A stretch of DNA of 58,026 bases, the filler included, from Sphacelaria rigidula (taxonomy: Eukaryota), in the NCBI GenBank assembly GCA_964200075.2. It is 7 parts of 7 records of this genome, joined end to end, with 100 filler letters (N's around TTAATTAATTAA, not from the genome) between each part and the next. Parts side by side here need not be neighbours in the genome. Positions count along the whole stretch, not along the records: positions 49,824 to 58,026 come from CAXNAA020011931.1; 6 more parts are not named here. One strand, written 5' to 3'. Below the pieces are notes generated by a model. It was not told the origin of the DNA and did no database searches. It was given only the letters and a program-made list of their open reading frames with translations. This document shows, piece after piece, positions 49,724 to 58,026 of the stretch (position 1 is its first letter; every line of letters begins with the position of its first letter). Both the position numbers and the translations under genes were made by a program.

Positions 49724-49823
49724 NNNNNNNNNNNNNNNNNNNNNNNNNNNNNNNNNNNNNNNNNNNNTTAATTAATTAANNNNNNNNNNNNNNNNNNNNN
49801 NNNNNNNNNNNNNNNNNNNNNNN
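49724..49823. other. Artificial linker
   Basis: Identical to 8205-8304. Confidence 0.98.
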
Positions 49824-49965
49824 CCTGCTAAGATTGTTCGACCCGACGCCTACTGGTCATCTTGCATTTGGATGACAACCTACAATGAGTTGCTTTATTA
49901 CCCGGTATCGCCACTCCCAGAGACAGCCATGGCTTATACACTACCTCATGGGTGTCTCAACATTC
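49824..49965 (-). mobile_element. 5' half of a family-2 retroposon, abutting a G13 run
   Basis: Reverse complement of 43652-43795, ending cctcatgggtgtctcaacattc followed by aa and a G-run. Confidence 0.8.
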
Positions 49966-50099
49966 AAGGGGGGGGGGGGGAGTTCCACCAGTGTTACGCC
50001 CAGGAAAAATTCCTTTTTTTATAGTCTTTTGAACGCCTCCACGAAAAACGGTGAGAAACGGTGGATGATGGCAAATATCCCGATTTCGCATAGATGGTC

Positions 50100-51300
50100 C
50101 GCACCTGCTGCACATGCAGCAGCGGCCCAGACAGCATCGCCCAGGCGGAAGGAGCCCACGCGTGGACAAGCAAGGTGTGTTGATGTATAGACACGCAGTT
50201 CGTGTCGTAGATTGCAATGGCAATAGCATTGTATGCAACGAGTCAGGGCAGGATCTGTGCAGCCCAGGGTGAAGACCAACCCCCCCGTGAAAGCTGACCT
50301 TCGGTGTTATGGGAAAGCAAGGCGCTCGCTCCACACCACCGGCAGAGACACAGAGGAACGATTCACCAGGTAAATGAAAAAAACTCTCTGTTGCAAAAGG
50401 TTTCTCACTGAAACCCATCGTTGTCGCAAAACTCACGACTTCACTGAAGTTTGAAAAGGTCTAAATCTTGCTCCGCACCAGCAAATGGGTGCAGCAGGGA
50501 GCCTCCTTCCTGTTCTGCAAGCTCTTCACCCCAGTACAGAACAAGCCCGTGCAGCACAACACCCGTGCACCCTAGTGTAGCACAGAACAGCTCAACTTCG
50601 TTCAGAAATGTCAAGTGCAGTCTATGAAGTGTAGTGCTCGGGTATGAACAGCGCCGACTGCAAGAACAGACAAAATATATTGTAGTACTTCTGTTGTGCG
50701 TATGTGACGGCCATGTTGAAGTCATCAGGATTCACGATGCGCAACATGCGGCCGTGGTTATGTGTAACTCTGCGTGTTACGTACTGCATGAAGGAAGGTA
50801 TTGATCCTACCTGGTGCCATTTTTGGCGCAACGATCGCAAGTTGGGAACATGCACCCGGGTTCGAACAACCCCCTACGTGAAGCGAGATAATCCGAGTGT
50901 ACGTCGACATACATCTCGAGTTGTGAAGATGGACGGTACAACAGTACGATGATCGCATGCAGCGACCCATGAGGTTAGATGGAGCGGCAACCAAAACTCC
51001 GTTATCGTTGCCCGGCACAGCATGGTGACCGCACGGTTGAAGACACCTGTGATCAAAAGTATTGACGTACAATCCTACACGCATACACTCCCCGGAACAT
51101 TCCCTAACCGTAGATATGGAAAATCCCCCAAGACTTGCAATTGGGGTGCAACGTCTGGAGCACTTCTGAGACGCCGGCTGGGGCAGACCGAACGTGAGAT
51201 TCGGCACCCCAATCAGTCTCGAGGTAAGAGCACCACAACATCCCTGGTGCACTAATGCCGCGCGAAGTGGAAGTGCTGAAGGTCCCACGCATCCGACTGC
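50100..51300 (-). pseudogene. Decayed Cys-rich coding relic, possibly a CxC/KDZ-type transposase
   Basis: Broken coding-like frames (HRCLQPCGHHAVPGNDNGV; RIVNPDDFNMAVTYAQQKYY; FATTMGFSEK). The family call is a weak impression. Confidence 0.25.
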
Positions 51301-51849
51301 TTTCCCCTTGTTCCCGCTGATGATTGTGACTTTTGACCGAAGTTAAGGACGCCTATATTTCGGGATACCATCCTCTCGCACGAACCCCCGACCCTTTGCA
51401 ATCTAGAATACTAGACCACATGGCTGACATGTTGTGCTCATCTATGGTTTTTCCATCTCTCCCGGACAGGCAATGAATTGCGTGCACCACTGTCACCGCC
51501 ATCCCGTACGACACAAGCCATATTCGCGGTTGAAAGCAGATCTCCACTCACGCACTCCGAACATACAGCGCCGGTGGAAAAATTGAGGGACATCGCCGAG
51601 GGTCACGCCGGCGAAGGGGTCAAACCGTAAACCTTTCGTACGGAAAAGATATGGCGACTTTACTGTTCAGTGCGTCGGCGGCATCCATCGCGTCCCCTGA
51701 TGGCGCATCCGTACACAAGCAGGGGTTGGAGGGATGCAGCGACCGTCCGAGCGCAGAACGTAACAACTTTAAATTTCGATCGGGCGGGGAAGGCGCGTGG
51801 AATCTCCATTCCCTCGGCGTCAGAAAACAATACACGGAAGGAGTCACCA

Positions 51850-54530
51850 TGGAATCTGCCGACAGTGCCTCTCAAGGAAGTGGGTAACACTCCGCGCAAA
51901 AGCGGGAGAGCAGCCGGTGACAGAGTCGTGGAGGTGCAGACTTCAAGTCCGTCAGCCAAGACCAAGAGAAGACGTACCCAGCCCAACCCCGGCAGAGGCA
52001 CACCCTCGCATGCTGACATACGTACATCGAGACGGAAGAGGATCGCGACGAATCACCCGGAGGTTGACAGCGCATGGGAAGCATGCTATGAACAACAGAA
52101 GGCTGGGTTGCATCGCAGAAACGGGGTGAAGGATGATCAGCTGCTGGCGAGACTCTCTCCCGCGGAAGCGCCGACATCCGCATCCCCATACAACGCAAGA
52201 CGGTGTCCTACTCGGGGGTCACCCGGGGGATTTTTCACGCCGTCGGGACACCGTAACACGCGACCAGGCTGACCAGGCACCTCGCAACCAACTCCTGCAG
52301 GCGCGTCGGCGTCAAGATCGAAGCGGGGAAGAAGAAGGCTACACATGCTGCCGCCCCTGGGGTCGACCGGTGTCGAGTTGAAGGTGTCGGAAGCTCATCT
52401 TTGGCGAACAAGAGCAGGTAGCGCGGGCGCCTACGTAAGGGGTTGCCGGCGAGCGAATGAGGCATCCCAACCGCCGGACACCACCCTCCTACACTGATCA
52501 TGGTGAACATCGCGCGCGCGATGAAAGAGGGAGGATGTCGACGCGACGCAGTAGTTCTCAAGGTCTCCCCGGCAATCATGATAGCTGCAGGAGCGTGCAT
52601 TCTGCGCCGGCAGGGTCTACCCCAGTTAGTAATATGAGGGGTGGTATAGGACGTAAGCGGGTTTGCAGTCGCGATGTATGTGGCATCCAGTTGCCCGTTA
52701 TCGACAACGCATGCAACGCGTGCTCCTGTTGCGGCCAGATACACGACCCGGTATCGCGACTGTGTTTGGCCTGCCATCGACCAGGACCCAGCAAAGGCAA
52801 AGCCTGGCGTCCGTCATCTTGGTGCGGCACGAATTCCGGAGGCTCGGCTTTTCTGGAGTCGTTTGCGGATGGTGATGGCATACGCCCGGCTGCGCTTGTG
52901 CAAAACTATCAACCGAGTTCAGGTTGCTTATGCAGCGGGGATGAGTGTGGCGCTCACTCGAGTGACGAAGGATTACGAGTGATAGACGGAGGGCAAAGTC
53001 CCTCCCTCCGGTTTGCTGTACACCCGCGACTGTTGGTTTGACTTCCCCTCCCTACCCCTGCCAAGCCGGACTTTGTTGCATAAGCACACCATAAAGTAAT
53101 TGTGGCCGTTGAGGCGGGGCGCGTAGTGGCGCTGGAGGATGTTCAGTCCTGACTGACCGAAGCCAGAACCGCAGCAAACACCCGGGCTGTTTTAGGCAAG
53201 CGCACCAGGGAGCAAGTGCTGGGAATTTTCGATGCGGGTGGCGGCGGACGGCGCAGTCGGCGCCACGCTTGAGAAGATAAGCGGGGTTGAGGGGGCTGCA
53301 TGCGATGGGCGGCGCAAGTTCATCTATCTCGTCCCTTCCGTGGTGGCGCCCGAGGTAGGCATGGCGGCCTACGTTGAACTTCGCAACATGCCTTACAGGG
53401 TATGGGAACTGAAGCGTTCCGTCTACCTCCTCACCGCCCAGATCGAAAGTGGTCAGCCTGACGAACCCGCACTCCAGCAGGTGATAGCTGCCGGTTCGGC
53501 GGAGGAGAAACGGGCCGTGATCATAGCGGCTGGGACTATCGTCAGGATGGACATCGAAAGTTCACAAGAACTGAGGAACGTATCGTGGGATAGGGACCAG
53601 AAATACGCGGTCGACATATCGAGAAATGTTCGACCCATGAATCAATTTCTGACGGATGATACGCTGCCGGCCTTGTTGGAATTGCTGAGCGGTCTGTGAC
53701 ATTTAAATGTGCCGAGTGATGATCCAGACTTGCTTTTTCCGCCAGTGGAGAATGCAAGGAGTGATGGGGATTCTGTTCATGCGCCTCGCACTGCTGCGGC
53801 GGACGATGTCGCCATGTCGGCGGCGCGGGATGGCGGGGCGGGTTTGGTGGGCACCGCGAAGGGCTCTGGTGGTGGTACGCCACAACACGAACACGGGCGC
53901 GCAGTTCAACGGGGACCGGCGATGTCCCGCACCAGCGCAAGAACACAAGGATCGACGCCGCGAGAAAACGCGCTGCGCAAGAAGATGAGGAAGAGGAAAA
54001 GGTAGATTGGGAGGCTGTACATGATCGCTACACCTTGTCAAGACCGTTTTTGTCCGAATTGGTACGCGAACTTTTCTGAGCCTCTCTCTCTCTCTCTCTC
54101 TCTCTCTCAAAATTTAGTCGGGATATTAATGTCAAAGCATGGCAAGATGACGCGCCTAAGCATGCGGCGCAGCGTTGCGTCTGGCATTATCATATTTAGA
54201 CATTGGAGCTGAGCTCGCATGAACTCGAGGTCGTTTGCACTTGGGCGCCGGGCCCGGGTAATCCAATTTGATTCACTCGTGCCAATTATTATGATCTAAA
54301 ATCGTTTATTCTTGATTTGTCGCACTTTGAGCCCAACCCCTTCCCCAGGACGAGTCTGCGGTCTCAAGGGATCAACCCATCTCCGCCCGGTACACGCCTT
54401 GCATTTTGGTCTCGCGGATTGGGTCATGACTATCACCACTCCCGCACCGCGTCAACTCGCGTCAAGCAAACTCAGTCAACTACTTTGTTTACTCAGGTTC
54501 TCACGCTCTCCACGGTGGAACTCATATAGT
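51850..54530 (+). pseudogene. N-terminal part of a decayed large transposon ORF, Academ(X)-like, with a probable intron 54002-54348
   Basis: Frameshifted coding stretch with CxxC clusters (~52680-52780), VIIAAGTIVRMDIES...QFLTDDTLPALLELLSGL (53520-53696), and after AG|gtagat...ttccccag|G the segments TSLRSQGI, RPVHALHFGLADWV and HDYHHSR...LRFSRS. Confidence 0.5.
54082..54108. repeat. (CT)13 microsatellite
   Basis: Seen directly. Confidence 0.95.
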
Positions 54531-54548
54531 GCGATGAAAAAACCCAAC

Positions 54549-54620
54549 GCACCGGGAATCGAATCCTCGTTCTCTCCACCCTACTGGCCACAGTCGGACC
54601 ATTACACCACCGGGGCGCCA
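54549..54620 (-). mobile_element. tRNA-derived SINE head / tRNA pseudogene
   Basis: Minus strand gcgccccggtggtgtaatggt (A box) ... ggattcgattcccggtgcg (B box). The anticodon arm does not fold. Confidence 0.6.
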
Positions 54621-55499
54621 AATAGTTCGGAAAGCTGCGGGTTCGAAATCCCTCGAGACGCCGTTTGTGTCTTCTCTATCCGGTACTGAGTCCCCATCGT
54701 GAAAAAAGCACGACTAAGCGAGTAGGAGAAGAATGGTATCTGCAAACATTGCAGAGGATGGAGTGGTGCTTCTCTCATTTGAGATGTAAGATGTATCGTC
54801 GCGCGCAGCGGGAGGTATTCGGCGGTCCCACGAGACGACGTGCCCACCTCGCAGAAAGGCATGGATTGGAGGTGTGAGGGCAAACAAATGCCTAACGGAG
54901 TGTATACCCCGCATCATCCGCCCTCCTTTGGTCTCATGCTCAAATTCCCCCCCCTGAGCGATATCGATGACGCAGAGAGAGCCGCAGGTGTTCGAGTACC
55001 TCTTCATGCAACTGGGCACCACCAAGAGTTGGTCCGACTCGAAGGCCGCCATCGACCGTCTTGCATGGTTGCTGGGGGGGGGGGGGAGGGGGCGAAGTTT
55101 TCATTCAGCCGGGATCTAGATTGGAGATAAAAATTCCGAGTGCAGTAGCTCGGAGGGAGAGGATTCGGCATCGGAAGCTGGTAAATATCACGACGATTGC
55201 TTCGCGTTTTGATTGAACCTGTAGAGAGAGTTGAAGACATTTTTCAGGCAAATGAGTTGCGGAGGTATATACGTGACCCTGGCGGTTATCTTTTTCAGAA
55301 GGAGTTATAACCCGTGTGATGGGCTAATGGAGACGTTGTACAGTGCTTCGTGCGGTGCGCCCTTGGGTGCAGACGTCTACGGCCGGTAGTCCACCGACGC
55401 CGTCGGGCGAATCGCGGGTTGTACCTGAAGATAAAAATGAACAATAAAACACAAATCAGGAGAAAACCATGACTTTTTGGAATATTGTGCAACACCATT

Positions 55500-56120
55500 A
55501 CAACGCTAGAAGAACACCGGTACAACGATCATTCCGGCTGCCAGCCTGTTTGCACGGCCGTCCCGGTGTTGGTGGAACTGTCTGCACCGGGATGTCGTCC
55601 CGCATGCCAGGTACGTCGGCAAGGGTCCGTGGCACTACCCACTGGTCGCTCGACAGGAGCTTAACCTTCGACTGTCGAGTTTTTTTAAGCGGGAACGTTC
55701 AGCTCCCAACTCTCACATATATAGCGGACCATAAACGATGCTTCTTTGCTGAGTTTCTTCGAGCCTTCATCCATAACTGGGCAAAGATTGATGATGAGGC
55801 CGGCAGGATCCGTCGCGGCCTGCATGCCCAGCTGATACTGTACCCACTATGATCGTCATCAGAGAGCATGGTGTTGGAAAAACAAAATTTCACGCGTCGG
55901 TGATATCCACAGTTTCAATGCAGACCGGGCCCTCAGCGACTTCCGCTGCTGCAGCTGTGACTGCGACACCTTCCTCTAATATCAATTTACACATTCTCCA
56001 AGTTTCGGCGACATCTGAAGCGAGGTGCGGATTATCTTCAACCCTAAGCTTCCAAAACACCGCCTCCATAATATCGAAAAGGAATACCGGTAACACTGAG
56101 AAGGCAGTCGGCAACTGATG
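55500..56120 (-). pseudogene. Decayed coding relic, possibly a MULE SWIM/C-terminal region
   Basis: Frameshifted ETVDITDA-KFCFSNTMLSDDDHSGYSISWAC and later PPTPGRPCKQAG, loosely like VxLxxxxCSC...GxPCxH and the GRP(K/R) tail. Confidence 0.28.
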
Positions 56121-58026
56121 CAGGATTAGGCAGGGGGGTCAAAACATGACACTATCACAGTATTCAACATGCACCCACCGTGCCCCAAGAAGGAAGCCTT
56201 TCCAATGGACTGCATACTATATCCGCAAACGTGTCGCCCACCACCGACAATACAAGCGGCGCCATCTTGGTGTTCACATCGCTGACTGCTGCTGCTGCGT
56301 GATGGGCCCTGGCTACAATATTAGCACGCATCTGCAGTGCAGCTAGTACAGGCAGTGCTGTACAAAATGTGAGTTTCAGAACCCCCTGGCAGTATACTGC
56401 TGTACAGTACTGCAGCACAATAAGCTGGACGCCTAGAGACCTTAGTGCCAATCGCACCACACACTGTGATCCGGTGCTGAGAAGAGAGAAGAGTATACAG
56501 CGATTCGGTACCTTCTCTCTCGTGAGGTTCTGTCCTTCTTGTAGTTCGTCACACGCACCTTCTTCTGTACAACTCTGATCCGTGGTCGGATACCTATCTG
56601 CGAGCCAGCTTAGTCCAATCACTAAATGTCGGACGGATCAGCTCGTGACAGATCCGGGTCAGCTCATTTGTGGCATAGATCATGATCCGTCCGAGGTTAG
56701 CTGTCACCCATACGTGTTTGCCCGATGCTGATCCGTAGGACCCGCTTGACCCATACATGTGTGCCGAGCGGCGAGCTGTACGACCCGCTTCACACACGCA
56801 GTATTTTCGTGTAAAAATGATCTGCAAACCCGTGTCATATGTAAAACATCACGTAGTTGATATTTATATCACTCGGGTCAGGCAAGTGCAGTAGCTCGTC
56901 GTTGACCCGTGCGATTTGAATCTCATTTACACCGAAAGCTACTGCTTACCTGTGGAATCCAAATCTAGTACAGTATACAAGAAACCCTTTCCCGCACCCG
57001 TAAGATCCGGATCAAGCAGTATGCAAGATCCGGATCAAGTATGCAAGCAAACAGCATTCAGCCCGCTCACCTGTTAACCTGTATGGCCCGGGTACAATGC
57101 ATGTTCACAAGTCCGGACGTTGGCTGTGGCAACCCGGGCATATCGAACATAGAGTACATATATTTTACTCCGAGTGGTTCCACAGTAGGGCTGCATATTT
57201 TCTCCGATGTGCTCTGTCGGCGCATCCGAATGAAGTATACAATAAACAGTGTTCAGTAATCCTCACCACATGTTCGTTGGAACTTTGCGAGCGCCGGCAT
57301 ACAAGCGCCCTGTGTGCATTTTGGTCGTTGGGTTTCGGCCTTTTATAGTGGGGTGTAATTTAACCGAAAATGACCAAGGTTGTGACTGCTCGGCTCATAT
57401 ACTGCTGAGCCGGCGGTACGGTCACCACTTCAGAAAAAAAGGTCATCAGGTGAACAAGAAAAGGCAAGAGATTAATTTTCAGCAGAGGGCAGGGTGTACC
57501 CTCCTAGTTTATTTACAAAGAAGGGTAGTCTCACAGGCTCTCACTTCCGGCGCCGTAGTTCAGCTTAGTAACACTTGTGAAGGAGAAAAGATGGTCAGGC
57601 ATGCTGCCCAGGCACCTTGGGCGTGAGGCTGAGGCGCTGGGACGTGTTTTCAAGGTGTTCAGCCCGCGTACATCGCCGCGCCACGAAGCCAAGAGTGCGT
57701 TACCCTTTTTTGTTCCAAAAGCACAAGGATGTACCCTTTTTGTATATTGCCCAAAAAACAGCATCGGTATACTAATGAGCGTTTTTGCTGTTAATGGGGT
57801 CGTTCGTGCCATTGTGCGGTCAGCCGAACCGGTCCGAAACGTGCTGAACCATCCCACTTGCTACGATGTTGTATTTGATCTGCACAGTGCATTCCGTACG
57901 ACGCCGCCTTCATCTAGAGAGGTTTTTCGAAGGAGCTGTTGGCTTTGAGCGAAGAGACAGACTCTCCGTCTAGAAACAGCCAATCATCTATGTTGAGGAT
58001 GGTGCTTTTGATTGAGGATGAGAACC

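Overview
This is eukaryotic, repeat-rich, intron-rich nuclear DNA of about 50% GC. The gene structure and repeat families look like a brown alga (Phaeophyceae), which is an inference. The window is not one locus. It is seven slices of almost identical length (5 x 8204 bp and 2 x 8203 bp) joined by six identical 100-nt linkers (N44-TTAATTAATTAA-N44), so nothing should be inferred across a linker. Three host genes are partly visible: the last two exons of an unidentified minus-strand gene (6538-7838), two N-terminal exons of an OTUD6B/Otu2-like deubiquitinase (12767-15565), and six phase-compatible exons of a DENN-domain Rab-GEF (34087-39681). The rest is mostly transposon debris: hAT, PIF/Harbinger and Tc1-like MITEs with readable TSDs, a 2.2-kb CACAC-ended element with an 8-bp TSD, a long-armed foldback enclosing a decayed LINE RT, a decayed DIRS-like tyrosine recombinase, a probable intron-containing Academ(X)-like transposase relic, and tRNA-derived SINE heads. 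The best candidate for something undescribed is a pair of retroposon families sharing a homologous 3' end (...ATGAGTAC). They lack a poly(A) tail and sit repeatedly in poly(C)/poly(G) tracts, and one of them has a fixed, structured 5' end. I found no CRISPR array, rRNA, intact tRNA or intact autonomous element.
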